This document shows positions 38,864-53,469 of a stretch of DNA of 64,000 bases, one piece after another. The position numbers and the translations under genes were made by a program. Each line of letters starts with the position of its first letter. Positions within the stretch are counted from its first letter, which is position 1. Source of the DNA: Octopus vulgaris (lineage: Eukaryota); contig OX597817.1 in NCBI GenBank assembly GCA_951406725.2, positions 22,072,001 to 22,136,000 of the forward strand. The letters run 5' to 3'. A model generated the notes under the pieces. That model worked only from the letters and a program-made list of their open reading frames with translations, made no database searches and was not told the origin of the DNA.

Positions 38864-39335
38864 ATATATACAATTGTAACTTAAGAAATGATGATATCAT
38901 TCCATCTACGTGTGAACACTGGTTGCTCCGGTTCATACTTTACGTTTAAATTTCTGTAATTTTGAATTTTTATCACTTCTTATTTTGAACTTGACAAAGA
39001 CAGACGTACTGTTGAAATATTGTTCAACTAATAAAATATCTTACAATTGAATCACGATCTTCGTCTTGACTATTTACCTTTTCAAAATATACAAAATAAT
39101 AATAATAATAGCAACAACAACAATAATGATAATAATGTTTTCAAATTTTGGCAGAAGGCCAGCAAATTCGGAGGTTAAGTCGATAACATCAGCCCCAGTG
39201 CTCAACTAGTAATTATTTTATCGAATCCGAAAGAATGAAAGGCTAAGTTGACTCGGCGGAATTTGAAGTAAATACGTAAAGCAGCACGAAATACCGCGAA
39301 ACATTTTGCCCGGCATCCTAACGTTTATGTCAGCT

Positions 39336-39454
<119 letters not shown>

Positions 39455-39797
39455 TTGATTGAGTGATTAATTTATTAATTAACTGATTGATTAATTAATG
39501 GTTTTATATGCATTAACTCAACTTTCCGACATAATTCGAGTAGTTTATTTCATTCTTTCTAAATATTGACATTTCTAAACGACCCGAAAACTTTCTGAAT
39601 TGAAGAAGAGGTAAATATTTAGATTTGCAGTATTTACAGACGACCCAAGAATCTCACGCTTGCAAAGCATTTATTTATGTGTTCCATTATTTATTTATTT
39701 ATTTATTTTTTTATTAAGTGCGTATTATCATTGTCATTATTATTTTAATCTAAAATATAAATGTGTTAACAGATTGTATTTTTTTTTTCTTTTGCAG

Positions 39798-39926
39798 AAA
39801 TCGGTATGAGTGGAGAAGTGTTAAAAATTCGCAATATCTCTCGGTATTGTGATGATATTTATGAATGTGTTGCTTTTAACGGTGTACCACCTACAGTCAG
39901 CAGACAGATTAAAGTATCCGTACAAT
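39798..39926 (+). CDS. Internal coding exon of a Lachesin/DIP/IgLON-like immunoglobulin-superfamily protein (C-terminal half of an Ig domain)
   Basis: Polypyrimidine tract plus tttgcag acceptor and gtaagt donor. 129 bp, phase 1-1. Translates xIGMSGEVLKIRNISRYCDDIYECVAFNGVPPTVSRQIKVSVQx (Y-x-C strand and the NGVPP motif typical of Lachesin/DIP Ig2). Confidence 0.9.
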
Positions 39927-40370
39927 GTAAGTATAAATCTTTATCTTAAAATAAGAAGCATTTTTTTCTTTCTTACTTTGGTCATCATTGAATCGTTTCT
40001 TACGTTAGTCACACTTTCAAAGTTTGCATTTTTATGGATAACCGTTTATCTGTACACGACGAATCCTACTCTGAGACACACGCCTGCGAGTTTTCTTTTT
40101 ATGAAAGATTAAAATTGTCCATATCCTAAGTTTCACTCTCTCTACGCATTGACCAATGCAGCCTCACGTCACTGTTGTCGCAAGCTAACACAGGAGGTAA
40201 ATGGACGGAATTTGTTTTACAAAATATTCAGTTAAACCTTTAACGCCATTCCGTCAATCCACATTCATGGACAAGTAACTTATTTAATCGACTCCGGAAG
40301 AATGAAAGGCAAAGTTGACTAAATTGAATTGCCTTTTTCAATATTTAAAACATCTACACATAGAATGGGT

Positions 40371-40621
40371 GGAGGCAGGTGGCTGAATGTTTAGGGTGTC
40401 AACATTATGATCGTAAGATTGTGGTTTCGATACCTGGACCGGGCGACGCGTTGTGTTCTTTAGCAAAATACGTCATCTCACGTTGCTCCAGTCCACTCAG
40501 CTGGCAAAAATGTGTAACGCTGCGATGGACTGGCGTCCTGTCCAGCTGCGGAACACATAAGCCATTGAAACCGGGAAACCGGGCCCATGAGCCTGGCTAG
40601 GCTTTAAAAAAAAAGGGTGCA
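40371..40621 (+). mobile_element. tRNA-derived SINE, family D (V/Meta-SINE-like), with 11-bp TSD
   Basis: A- and B-box-like head, gcgatggactggcgtcctgtccag and gaaaccggg blocks. TSD cacatagaatg at 40357-40367 and 40630-40640. Confidence 0.8.
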
Positions 40622-42138
40622 AAAGACCCCACATAGAATGAGACACCGAGTGAGCGCAGTTCTAATGCTTGCTTCACCGTCACACGTAGGATTGTATGAC
40701 CTGGCAGATTGTACCGCATCTCCACTAACATTTTTACGTATCTAGGTAGTCATGAGAGCAGACATAAGCAACCCCTTTGACACTGATATTCCTGTCTCAG
40801 CGAAACATTGATGATAGAAACAGAGAAAACGGTGTTAATTTTCACCCGCGTAAACTAAAGCAATGTAAATTGTTATGCCGTAGGCGAAGACACAACGCAT
40901 TGCTCGACTAAGGAATAGAACCAACGAACTTATGATCGTAAGCTCAACACATAATTAGGCCACGCACCTTCATGCCTCTGTGTGTGTGTGTGTGTGCTCA
41001 CGTGCGTGCATGTGTGTGTGTGTATTTTTCCTTAGCCCCTACGTCAATTCAAATTAGCAGTCACCTTTTCCTACTATAATTTTGTAGAATATCAAACTTT
41101 GCATAATTTGATAAAGATGTAGCAAAACTCTCAGCAATCTTGTTTAAGATAACATATAATATAATTTACGATTAGTGCACGATATTAAATCTCATACGAT
41201 AGAGTAAATTACTTGATAAATCACTAAATTCTAATAAGTGAAGACTAACAGGTAGCAAAAATAATTGTCTTTCCTCGATGCAATTCTCAATCTAAGCACG
41301 TGAAGACTAGATATAAATGTTAGATTCAGAAAGCCTTCCTTTGTAGTTCTAAATTACTAATTTATTAAATACTTAATGAGTAATCATTCATTCTGATTGT
41401 ATTTTACTGAACTTCTAGATAACAACAGCAATTATTTCTTCCATAATATATTAATTCTCTGAATTCTGTTATTTAATACCGATGTGACGTTTGCCTCATC
41501 GTAACTACTATAGTTCGAGATGAGTATCTTATCTTTAAAAGTTCAATCTAGATTCAAACATACAGATTTTGACTATATTTATCTTCTTGCTGGGCGTTTT
41601 GGAGAGGTGATACACTGCTGTTTCAGTTTCGAGTAATTAATTTTCCCCTCTCTCATAGACATATATACATACGCATATTTATGGGCGCGCATGTGTGTGT
41701 ATGTATGTTTGCATGAATGCATGTATATACCGTGATTTTTATGTAGTTCCAAGACATCATTGAGGATGTAGAAGTATGACCAGAGGCATTTCAAAAACAT
41801 TTTGAAATACCTTTTCTCAGGTACTCTGCATTTAGAAATGCATTAGCCAATGTAACCTTTAGTTTCCGGGTCAGTAGAGTGTGACGTGGAAAAGATTTGT
41901 TTGCTATTTCTTACCCGATTTTCATTTAGAAAGTTCATCACCAGTGGTGCAGGCGTTGTGAAGCTTTCTTACATAAGATCAGTAGTTGCTCAACCTTGTA
42001 TGCCTTCCTTCCCAATGTTATCGAGGCTGTCCAAGGGTAATGCTGCTTAAAGAATGTTCAAAATATCTCTGTGCGAATATCAATGTTTGTAAAAGATACA
42101 CACAATGGACAACTACAATGTTGCTATAGATTTATGCT

Positions 42139-42551
42139 TATTTCTTTATTGCTTACAAGGGGTTAAACATAGAGGGGGAAAACAAGGACAGACAAACGGA
42201 TTAAGTCGATCAAATCGACCCCAGTGCGTAACTGGTACTTAATTTATTGACCCCGAAAGGATGACAGGCAAAGTCGACCTCGGCGGAATTTGAACTCAGC
42301 ACGTAGCGGCAAACGAAATACCTATTTCTTTACTACCCACAAGGGGCTAAACACAGAGAGGACAAACAAGGACAGACAAACGGATTAAGTCGATTATATC
42401 GACCCCAGTGCGTAACTGGTACTTATTTAATCGAATCCGAAAGGATGAAAGGCAAAGTCGACCTCGGCGGCATTTGAACTCAGAATATAACGGCAGACGA
42501 AATACCGCTAAGCATTTCGCCCGGCGTGCTAACGTTTCTGCCAGCTCGCCG
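42139..42551 (-). mobile_element. SINE family B with tandem duplication of its 3' part
   Basis: Two successive gacaaacggattaagtcgat...gaaatacc blocks. Probable TSD tatag(a/c)tttatgctta on both sides. Confidence 0.88.
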
Positions 42552-43012
42552 GCTTGATATAGCTTTATGCTTAATATCCAAAGATATGCAAGGATATGCG
42601 TTTGTTGAAGAACTGTGATACGAAAATTAAGTCATTTGAAGGCTATTCAATGAACGTCATAGTGCGCGAGTGCTGCTCTTGCATATTTCTACTATTGCCT
42701 GCATAATTAATGCCGATAGATATCAGATAGATTTGTTTACAAAGAAGTTCACAGAAAGAGTTAGTAAATCGACACTACTCTGAAAGTCTGTTAATTTTAA
42801 AGAGATGAACTCACGTGCAGACAAAACATACTACATAAAATAGTCACATATCACCTATTCCGTTTGTATTTGTCAGTAGATATAGTCTTGAGTGTTTGGC
42901 TCCCAAACAACCTCCAGTATAACTCATTGCGGTAAACTATAAATACATACATATGTATGGCAGTGTGTACTTTGGGTATGAGTGAAAATATATATAAATG
43001 TATATATAAATG

Positions 43013-43152
<140 letters not shown>

Positions 43153-43167
43153 GTGTGTGTATACATA

Positions 43168-43208
<41 letters not shown>

Positions 43209-43218
43209 GTGTATATAT

Positions 43219-43266
<48 letters not shown>

Positions 43267-43517
43267 AAACTTAGATAAACTTAGATATGTTTCGACCAAA
43301 GATTGGTCCAGGCCATGTCTAACTTAATGGCACCACCTGATAGGATTATTTGAATCCTGTTTAAGTCAAGTTTTGTTTATGGTCCATTCAAGTAGTGAGT
43401 TTTTGTTGGGTGAGTTGTATTCAATTATGGGTGGCTTATCTGCTATTCTTTGAAGGAATCTATCCAGACTCCGTTTAAAGTTGATGGGATCCTTTTCCTC
43501 TTTGATCTCTTTCGGTG
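43267..43517 (-). mobile_element. 3' end of a CR1-group LINE related to 438-1906
   Basis: TPKEIKEEKDPINFKRSLDRFLQRIADKPP..NKNSLLEW aligns to TPKHIKTETDPIGFKKSLDRFLQEIPDKPP..NNNSLLEW. Homologous 3' UTR. Confidence 0.85.
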
Positions 43518-44078
43518 TATGTATGTATGTATATACTTGCTTGCCTAAAGCCAAAGTTGAAATCAGTATTATCCTGGATGCACGTTTAAAAACGCTTAAT
43601 TTAGGCTTTAATCAACGTTCATATTCTTTCCGAAATCCACTCAGACAAAAACAGCATCCAGCTATCCATTCATTTTTAGGATTGAGGACTAGGAATCTGG
43701 CATAATACTCGGGGTAAAATTCTTTATCTAAGGATAATTTCTGCCCGGAAAATAACAACTTTTGCAACCACTACATAATGAGATCCTAGAAATTTTTTAT
43801 GCCATTACTCCTCCGTCAATTAATACTTTGAAGAGAATTTTGATGTATTACTTTGACTAAGAGAAGTAGAAATTCCTGTGTATTTGGAGTTAAAGGAAAA
43901 TATAGGAATGAAATTCCAATGGGGATGTTGACCGTGAGCTCGCTGTAGTTTCTTCGTGAAAATATTTGGTGGTATGGGCGTCGCCTTATAAACCACTGCA
44001 TGTATGTGTATATATGCGCACGCGTGTAAAATATAATCTTCATTTAATATCTGTGTGCCATGTTGAAGATAGATAGAT

Positions 44079-44129
<51 letters not shown>

Positions 44130-45123
44130 CTATCCAATATCGACTTTACTTTCCCTCGTTCCGGTTTCAGTAAACTCGATTATACCATGTCCCAAAATGA
44201 GTGACGTTTTATTAATATATGCAATCATTGATATTACTGTAAATGTGGCTTGAGGACGAGATGGTAGCCTCAAATGAAAATATTTGCCACTGAAACAAAA
44301 CTGCTAGTGGGAATAAATCTATTTGCAATTAATATGTATTTTACTAAAATCTACATTTAACTAATATTGACAAGTCCGTAATCTTAAAAGTTCAATGAAT
44401 TATAAAACATCACACCAAATGTGTGTGTATGTGTGTGTGTATGTGTGTGTGTGTATGTGTGTGTGTGTGTATGTGTGTGTGTGTATGTGTGTAGGCGTGT
44501 CGTTTTATGTGTGATAATATATTTGTGTTTATGAGTGTTATGAGGGCTGTGATGTTGATAATAAACTAAATATAAATGCATTTGTGAAATATATGGAATA
44601 CAAATACATTTAATACACAGACATACGAACACAGTCAAACAAACATATAACACTCAAGCGCATTCATACACACATATGCACAAACACGATAGAAGCAAAA
44701 GAGATATAGAAAGAAAACAGAATTCAATACAAACTATTTTTTAAAAAATTACTCAAAACTTTAATATATGCAATTTTCTTTTTATGTGTGTATTTAATAT
44801 GTTAGTTTCAATATTACATTAGGATCCCAAACCAAATACAGAATTATGTGATGTTGGCAAAAATGTTCACCCATATCAGAACACGTAACATTTTTTTTAT
44901 CTTTTCCCTTTGAATTTGATTCTCCGTTGTGTAATTTTATTGATGTGCGTGTGTGTATGTATGTGTGTGTGAATGTGTGTGTAGGTGTATGTATGAGAAT
45001 GTGTGTGTGTATTTGTGGATGTGTGTGTGTGTGTGTGTTTTTGTGTGTGTGTGTGTGTACACGTATGTACATACATAGAATTTGAACTTAAATTGAAGTT
45101 ATGAAATAATAAAGATAAGTTTC

Positions 45124-45179
<56 letters not shown>

Positions 45180-45699
45180 TAAAATAAAATAGTGATGATG
45201 ATGATGATGATGATAACACCAACAACATCTTTTTGCAGCACAAAGTACGAAACGAAATAAGAGGGGTTTTTTTTTTATAAATTACAACCTCATACAACTG
45301 ATACAACAACAACAACAAGAACAACAACAAGAACGCAACTTACACAGCTCATACATATAACTGAAATGAATAACAAAATACTGGAATGATTCTTTTTTTT
45401 TCTTTTTTCTATTTTTTTTTTATCTCTGTGTCCCTTTATATTCTGATAGAAATATGTTTTAGAGAAACGGTAATTTTTTTCTTTAGGTGCGCGCGTGGGT
45501 GTGGGTGTGCGTGCGCGCGTGCGTGTGTGTGTGCGTGTATGTGTGTGTGTGTGTGTGCGTGTGTGTATGTGTATGTGTGTGTGTCTGTGTGTGTGTGTGT
45601 AAATAGAATGAAAAGCTAATGGATATGAATTTGATGTATATATTTGTCAATGGAAATACTGCATACATGGAATTCAGAATTACAAGCAACTAATAAACA

Positions 45700-45762
<63 letters not shown>

Positions 45763-46047
45763 CAGCAGCAGCGGCTGAAGAAAATGCAGATATAAATACA
45801 AATAGAAGCGTATGAAATATATAATAATAATAATGAAATTATTGTATACAGTGCTCAGGTGCACCAAAAGTAGCCATAGAGAGCAAGGGTTATTGAGACG
45901 TTCATTCTTTTCTGGCGATCATCGGTAAACAACTGTGGACTTAGTAGATCATAGTAACGTCAATTGCAGTATAAAAAGACTACTACCTCCAACTACCTCC
46001 AGCAAACATAATGGTAGTTATACTACAGTTTTCCAACATTAATAATA

Positions 46048-46274
46048 TTCTTTTATTCTTTTACTCTTTTACTTGTTTCAGTCATTTGACTGCGGCCATG
46101 CTGGAGCATCGCCTTTAGTCGAACAAATCGACCCCGGGACTTATTCTTTGTTAGCCTAGTACTTATTCAATCGGTCTCTTTTGCCGAACCGCTATGTTAC
46201 GGGGACGTAAACACACCAGCATCGGTTGTCAAGCGATGTTTGGGGGTTGGTGGCAAACACACACACACACACAC

Positions 46275-46331
<57 letters not shown>

Positions 46332-46349
46332 TATGTATATAGACATATG

Positions 46350-46392
<43 letters not shown>

Positions 46393-46554
46393 GACGGGCT
46401 TCTTTCAGTTTCCGTCTACCAAATCTACTCACAAGGTTTTAGTCGCCCTTTGGCTAAAGTAGAAGACACTTGCCCAAGGTGCCACTCAGTGGGACTGAAC
46501 TCGGAACCATGTGGTTGGTAAGCAAGCTTCTTACCACACGTCCACTCCTACGCC
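46048..46554 (-). mobile_element. SINE family A, full length
   Basis: Matches the family, with internal (CA)n(TA)n. Confidence 0.88.
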
Positions 46555-46840
46555 TAAGCAAATTTAGGAAAAGGAGTGTAACGGACGTCACAGACCCCGG
46601 AGTATAGCTGATATTTGTATTCTTAGGTATGAGAGACAAAGTCGACATCAGCGAAATTTGAACTCAGAATGCAAAGGTATGGGAATAAATATCAAGAAGC
46701 ATTTCGGCAGAAGCTGTCTGCCAATTCATGCCGTTGTTATTACTGCAGGGCAGTTAATGCTGTTGTTGCAGATGCTGAAGGTGATGGCTGCGATGATGTT
46801 GCTGGTATTTCTTGTTTTGACACACTTTCTCTGCTACATA

Positions 46841-47082
46841 CGAGAGGATGTTGAAAAGTTCCTGGCTTTGAGTAAACGTAAATACAGGAAGATCATTTAA
46901 TTATGATTTTACTGAACAATTCCCCTCTCAGATCCACGCACTTATTGCAGCGGCCCTTCGGTTCTTCTAAACCCTGTAACAGAATTAAGAATGTTGGGCC
47001 TTTCGCGACAGTCTTTCACGAAAGACTCTAACCAGGCCTTTCACGACAGTCTTAATGCTAGATACTTTCTAGCATCCCTTCG
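46841..47082 (-). mobile_element. Mariner-derived MITE, second copy
   Basis: TA-cgagaggatgttgaaaagttcctggcttt left TIR. Interior is the reverse complement of 16931-17145. Confidence 0.7.
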
Positions 47083-47789
47083 CATTTTAATGAACTTGGA
47101 TATGGTCAAGCCAATGTCAAACTCATTTGGATTTAGACTCAGAATGCCAACATTCAGTCTAGTATCCTCTCGTTTGTAGAAAACTACAAGTTGCAAGCAG
47201 TAATAATCTTAATAATACCAAACTGAACGGCATTTCGTGTTAGAGAAATAAATGAATTACATATTCTCCGATTTTGATTAGCTTGCAGACGAGAAGATTA
47301 AATTTTAGATATATATTCTGAAGAGAACATATAAATTATTAATTTGGCTTGTTACAGTAAGAAAACCATTTAGAAAAAAGAAGAAAAAAAAACACTAGCG
47401 AAAGGAACTGAAAAATCACCTTCAATTTACATTTACAGTTCTTGACTTTAAAATGTGGGATGGTAAATATTAAATATTATGACCTCTTACTTCGATAGGA
47501 AAATAATCAAATGATTGAAATGTATACCGGAAATGAGTAAGATGCAAACAGATGTAGAGTGATGTGTTGAATGAAAATATTGAGTAAATTACATTTCAGG
47601 TCTGCCCAGACTTTTAACTAAGAATCATTTCGATACATCGCAAATGTATAATCCCCTTTCGATAAATACATACACATAAATGCACTAATATCACTTGCAC
47701 GGAATTAAATATCAGACAAAGAGTGGGAGAGATATTTCGTTTTGGGATTTGGTTTGCAAGATTCTTTATATGAGTTCGTGTGTTGAAGC

Positions 47790-48050
47790 ACATTCTGTTG
47801 TGTCTGTGGAGAGTCATTTTCTTTTTGTGCTTTATAATGTAACACACTCACAGGTAAAATTTCCACTTGTTTCTTATTTTTATTTTCCTTAAATTTTCGT
47901 TGTTTCTTACAAAGACTATTGAAAAGTTTGCAAGACGCAACGAAGATTTTAGGAAAATACAAATAAGAAATAAGTGGTAATTTTACCGGTGAGTGTATTA
48001 CATTATAAAGCACAAAAAGAAAATGACTCTCCCCAGACGCAACAGAGTGA
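47790..48050. repeat. Diverged foldback inverted repeat (~124-bp arms, ~13-bp loop)
   Basis: 47790-47913 versus 47927-48050, e.g. gagagtcattttctttttgtgctttataatgtaa / ttacattataaagcacaaaaagaaaatgactctc. Confidence 0.85.
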
Positions 48051-48879
48051 GAGAGATGTTTCCCCATTCACAAAAATTTACCTTTAAAACTGTATTATGT
48101 GTTTATGTGCGTGATCTATTCTTCGTGTTGTGTCTGTACCAATCATGGAGTCTGGCAGGTACTGACTTACTTATTCCAGTATTTACTCCATTTAACATTA
48201 TGCTTGGAACCATATGGATTACTTGCTCCTCTAATTGGCTACTCGGTGAACTAGCAATAAGCCAAAGCTCCCCTATATTACAAGCCGCCCCCTTAAAATT
48301 GGCTGAAAATATTGGTTGATGTAGTCATAAATATGTTGATGCAACTGGAAAATATTCGACTATATGCCTGCTCAAACGGAAAAAACCTAGGGTTAAACAG
48401 CTGTCAAAAGTTTTCAGAATCATTTAGCATATTTTTGTTTCTGTCCATTTTACTAAATTTATCTTTGAATGTGTCATTTTCTATTGTTTGATCTAATTAA
48501 TTTTATTGATGGTAATCAATAACATAATATTTGTATCATTTTTATTCAATAATTGTATTTGAAATTAATATATAAGTGGAAAGCTTGCTCATTCTCAAGC
48601 CAGTGTCAGTCATATTCAGATGGTTAAATTGATAGAGAGAAATCTGCATAAACGTTTGTTTTTTTTTAATAATTTTATTTATTTTTTAGTGTTAACAGGC
48701 ATTATTTGATAGAGTTTGCTAATTTGTATAAACCATAGGAAGAAGAGAATGCAGCGAGAAAAGCCAAGAAATCTGGCCTGAAGACAGGATGCAATCTCAA
48801 GATTGTTCAGTCATGGTTAGTTGGATAAATAGCATAGGATTAAAGTCAAATCATTGGGAGGGAAGTCAGTGTAATTTAA

Positions 48880-49248
48880 GAGAGTAAGGGAAATAACTAT
48901 ATAAGCATTTTTAGAGAGTTATAGCCAAAAAATAGCAAAAAGATGCATTAAAAGAGGAAATAAAATGATGGTAAATTTTTTTTTAAATCGCTGACACATC
49001 GTAGACATTTTTAGAGAGTTACTTCCCTTATATAATAGCGAAAAATGCATTAAAATGGAAAAAAATGATGGTATTTTTTTTTTAAATCGTAGACTCATCG
49101 TAGACGCGCGCTAATACCCAGAAGGGCTCGATATGAATCACGACTATAAGATACCCGGTTTTGGTTAAACTGCACCGCAAAATCTGGGAGTAGTTAGGAA
49201 TCTAAATCGTAGGAGACAGACACACAACTTCTCTTTTATATATAAAGA
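48880..49248 (-). mobile_element. Helitron-like non-autonomous element, 5' portion, with internal ~100-bp duplication
   Basis: Minus strand begins a|TCtttatatataaaag...gtgtgtctgtc. cattttagagagtta...tttaaatcg..catcgtagac occurs twice. No 3' CTAG end located. Confidence 0.5.
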
Positions 49249-49904
49249 TTTGATAATGTTTGACTTATACAATTATTCTGTGTTTGTTATTCTTTCAAGA
49301 TCTCTATGTAAGCAACTGTCTGTGATGACTAATAGTATGTTGATAACAGTAAGAAATGTTTCAAGGTGTTATAAGAGGATACCACCCCATGATGTACATA
49401 AGGAACAACGAACTAACGAAAATAAAAAGAAAGAGACTTTTCGGAAAACCGAGCTATGAAACTTTTTTGTAAATTGTCAAAAGGCAGAAAGTGAAGAGGT
49501 TTAAGTGAATACGGTCCTTCATGGAAAATACCGCTACATCACCAATAAAAATTTTAAAAAGAAGAGATCGAACCATATCGACAATATATAGAGAGGAGAC
49601 TTGAATGTAGTTGATGACTAAAAAAGACGGACAGAGACGGCTTCATTTCTTGCTATACGTGTACAATTCACTCAGCTAAAGGTTTTGATTGATTGATTGA
49701 TTAATTAATTAATTAATTAATTGTTGTAAGTAATGACTAATGTCAAGTACAATTTCATCACAACACACTCATTTGAGACTATCTAATTCCTCATAAACAC
49801 AATACAAAAATATTTATGTAATACATAACGTAGTATGACTAGAATTGGAATAGTGATTTCTCTCCAAATTATATACACTTGGAAGGGGGTGAGTTCGGTA
49901 CTTC

Positions 49905-50222
49905 AAATAATAATAATAATAATAATAATTGTGTACAGTGCTCAGGTGCACTACAACTCATCTAAAGTGTATGTATAATCAGGTGTAGTTTCGGCGGATT
50001 TCGGAAAGCATGAGGGCCTTAAAGGTTGCAGTGTCATGGCAGTCACCAACTGACGCAGGCAGTTTATTCCATGCTTCAGCAACTCTGAGCGTGAAAAAAT
50101 GTTTCCGAAAGTCATGGGAGCTGTGTTGTTTTCTGACTTTGTAGGCATGTCCACGTGTGTTAGACACATGGAGATCAAAAAGGTGTTCAGTGTTGTTGTT
50201 GGTGAGGTGGTTGATAACATTG
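49905..50222 (-). mobile_element. 3' end of a second CR1-like LINE with (ATT)n tail
   Basis: SNTRGHAYKVRKQ..DFRKHFFTLRVAEAWNKLP..TFK is the typical CR1 ORF2 C-terminus. The terminal gtgcacctgagcactgta also occurs at 45846-45865. Confidence 0.85.
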
Positions 50223-50785
50223 TGACACCCAAATAAAAGAAATTTACTCTCAATCGTTACGGTACTCTTTTACAATAAAGTTAAGGCTCATACTACTGAA
50301 CGCAGTGTTTTAAAACACGTTACGAAGCCTGAAGCACTTCATAAACCACCACCCAAAACGATCGAACGGCTGAAACACCCGTTTAAGCAGAAACATATCT
50401 ATATGTGCGCGTATGTATATATATATATACGATAATGTGTACGAAAACACATATACATATATCTATTAACAGTTTCTGAAGCTGTATTGTCAGTAACTTT
50501 CTATTTTCCATGTGCAGCTGCGCTCTAAAATGTCAGGCAATGATGAATGAGAGCTGATAACCTGTTCCCCAGTCGGATAGATTGCGTCAAGTTGAATGAG
50601 TTAGCTTTCATAACCGGAATAATGGTTTGGTTCCAGAAATAGTGAAATCAAGCTATAAAGCATACGTTTCCAAGGTCGCGTTTCTCTCACAACAAATTTG
50701 GTATTTTATAAATAACGTTCTTAATAATCCAAATGACAGCTGACGAACGTGCTTATATGTTTGTGTGTGTGTGTATGAATATGTG

Positions 50786-50816
<31 letters not shown>

Positions 50817-51451
50817 ATATATATATACATATATATATACATATATATACATATACACACATATCTGCATATAAGTGTATGTGTGTGTGTGTGCATATAT
50901 ATATATATATAATGTGCGTGTGTGTCTATAAATATACATGTATATGAAGCGAGTGGATGTGAATTGATGTGTGTGCAAATGCATATGTACATACGTATGC
51001 AATATTACGCGTATGCACAATATTATACACACACAACCACACACACATATATATACATATATATACATATATATACACATGTATATACATATATATACAC
51101 GCGCACACATACACAGGTCAAGGCATATATTTAATAATATTGTTTATATAGACACACCCACAATATTTATATCTATATACAATTACCCAGTCACATACAT
51201 GTTTGTGGGTGTATATGTATGCGTGTGTATGTGCATTTGTGTGTGTGTGTGTGAGTGTAGAGAATAATACAGATGTATGCATGCGTATATACCTATACGT
51301 ATTTATTTCTGTATGCATGCAGGCGCGCACATACACACACACACAAACAAACATTTATATATATAATAAAAATAATATATAAATATATGCTTATATACGT
51401 ACATATATGTACATACCTACATCTATATATATATATATATATATATATACA

Positions 51452-51538
<87 letters not shown>

Positions 51539-52264
51539 TGACTCCTGTACTTGACGTGTGATTTCTGGCTTTATCATATTGTTTCTGTTGTTGTTGCTAT
51601 TGATATTATTGTTGTTGATTTTTTTCCCTATCACTATTAATCTGGCCTCTCCTTTCTGTTCTCATTTTACTATCTTATATTTGAACAAATGATTCTCTCT
51701 CCCTCCCCACCTCATCACTTACACTTTGTGTATGTGTGTGTGTATGAAAGAGCGAGAGTGGGAGGGAGAGAAAGATAGAAGAAGAAGTGGATTTCTCTGC
51801 CTTTGTGAGAGACATTTCAAAAGGAGTAATATTGATTCCATTTCTCTGTATCTTCCTCCCGCTGAAGAAAGGACACCACAATGTCTTTATTTTTTTCCTT
51901 TGTATTACACTGGCATAAGCGATTTAATTCGTCATCGCGAAACTTACTGAACTGAGTATAAGGTATAATAAAGTCATAAATGACTTAAATACATACTTCT
52001 CGTGTAAATGTCTTCTGAATAGTTTGGGGGGATCGCTATATATTTGTAATAAACCAAGTTTTCAATGGTGTGCATTTTCCCCATTACATAAAGTCATACA
52101 TACATGAAGATGCATTTCAATTTACGTCTTCAGGATATGCTGTTGTATGTGTGCGTGTGTCTATGTGTTGTATGGGTGTCTCATAGCGTGTATCAGTCAG
52201 TATGCTATACTCTTTTTGTATACAGCTAAGTTTTCCCGTGTGCTGGAGCTAGGTAGAGCAACAC

Positions 52265-52307
52265 TAGTTCTGATGAAACCTATTGAGGCAGAAACACGCA
52301 TCGACAG
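52265..52307 (+). ncRNA. Decayed hammerhead-like motif
   Basis: CTGATGA aacct attg aggca GAAAC ACGC ATC. Helix I and helix III are imperfect. Confidence 0.4.
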
Positions 52308-52658
52308 CTGTCCTCCTGTCTCCAGACAACGTGATTGCCTTTTTCCATTATGGCATATCTAATTTCTAGAATTTCTGATTGGTGAAATTATTTCCTATTT
52401 TCATTTGTATTTGGTTTAAGTCGCCATAAACCGTTTGTTCTAAAATCCCTGAAAGCGGAGATAATTTCAATAAATCGAGATTCTACTTTGCATTGCTTTT
52501 AATATACGCTTCTTCGTCTCTTATATGATATGTATGTATTTATGTATGTATATATGAATGTTTGTATGTATATATAAGCAGATATGTGTATAGATACATA
52601 CGTACGCATGTATGTATATATGTATGAATGAATATGTATTTATAGATATATATATATA

Positions 52659-52691
<33 letters not shown>

Positions 52692-52784
52692 ATGTATGTA
52701 TGTATGTATGTATGTATGTATGTATGTACATACATATATAAAGAAAGAGAGAGAGATCGGTATGTCAAATGCCATAAGAGCGTA

Positions 52785-53000
52785 GTCGATCCCAGTGCCT
52801 CGTGACAGTCTCCCGTGCCGGTGGTACGTAAAAAGCACCCACTATACTCTCGGAGTGGTTGGCGTTAGGAACGGCATCCAGCTGTAGAAACCTTGCCAGA
52901 TCAGATCGAAGCCTGGTACAACCTCTTGGCTTACCAGTCCTCAGTAAAACTTTCCATCCCCATGCCAGCATGGAAAGCGGACATTAAGCGATGATGATGA
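52785..53000 (+). mobile_element. RTE-associated repeat 3' portion with (GAT)n tail
   Basis: ggttggcgttaggaacggcatccagctgtagaaac block, familiar from RTE-related repeats. Confidence 0.5.
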
Positions 53001-53469
53001 CGATCGTCGTTTCTAGAAAAGGTTTCATAACTGTCGGTTGGCAATTATGCCCAGCACCTCTTGGGAATGGAAATAATCTTAAGATTCAAAATCTCACAAC
53101 AACTGGCAGGCCACTAAGTAAAGGGCCAGGCTTACAGTGTGGACATGAGGATAGTTATAAAGTTATGAACAGAAGCCAAAGTCCACAACTCTCCTTATAA
53201 CTCCTGTCGCTTTCCTTACAGTATGTCAGATTTGAAGAAACCTTGAATCTTGCCGTTATTTCCCTTCTCAAATCAAGTTATTCATAATTTCCATTTGGAA
53301 AATCAAATACCCACCTCTAGAATCGATAAGAATTTTATTTACTCAAGAATTTCTCTTTTAAGACATTTGACTGAACGGTATTTGTTCAAGTTGATCAATG
53401 CATGTTCAATACATGCCACTGGCCATTTCGAGTTATTTCTCTTAGCTCATTGTTATTATATGTGCTTTT

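Noticed and set aside
50538-50560. C/D box snoRNA-like ATGATGA...CTGA
   Set aside because: Boxes are too close together and there is no terminal stem
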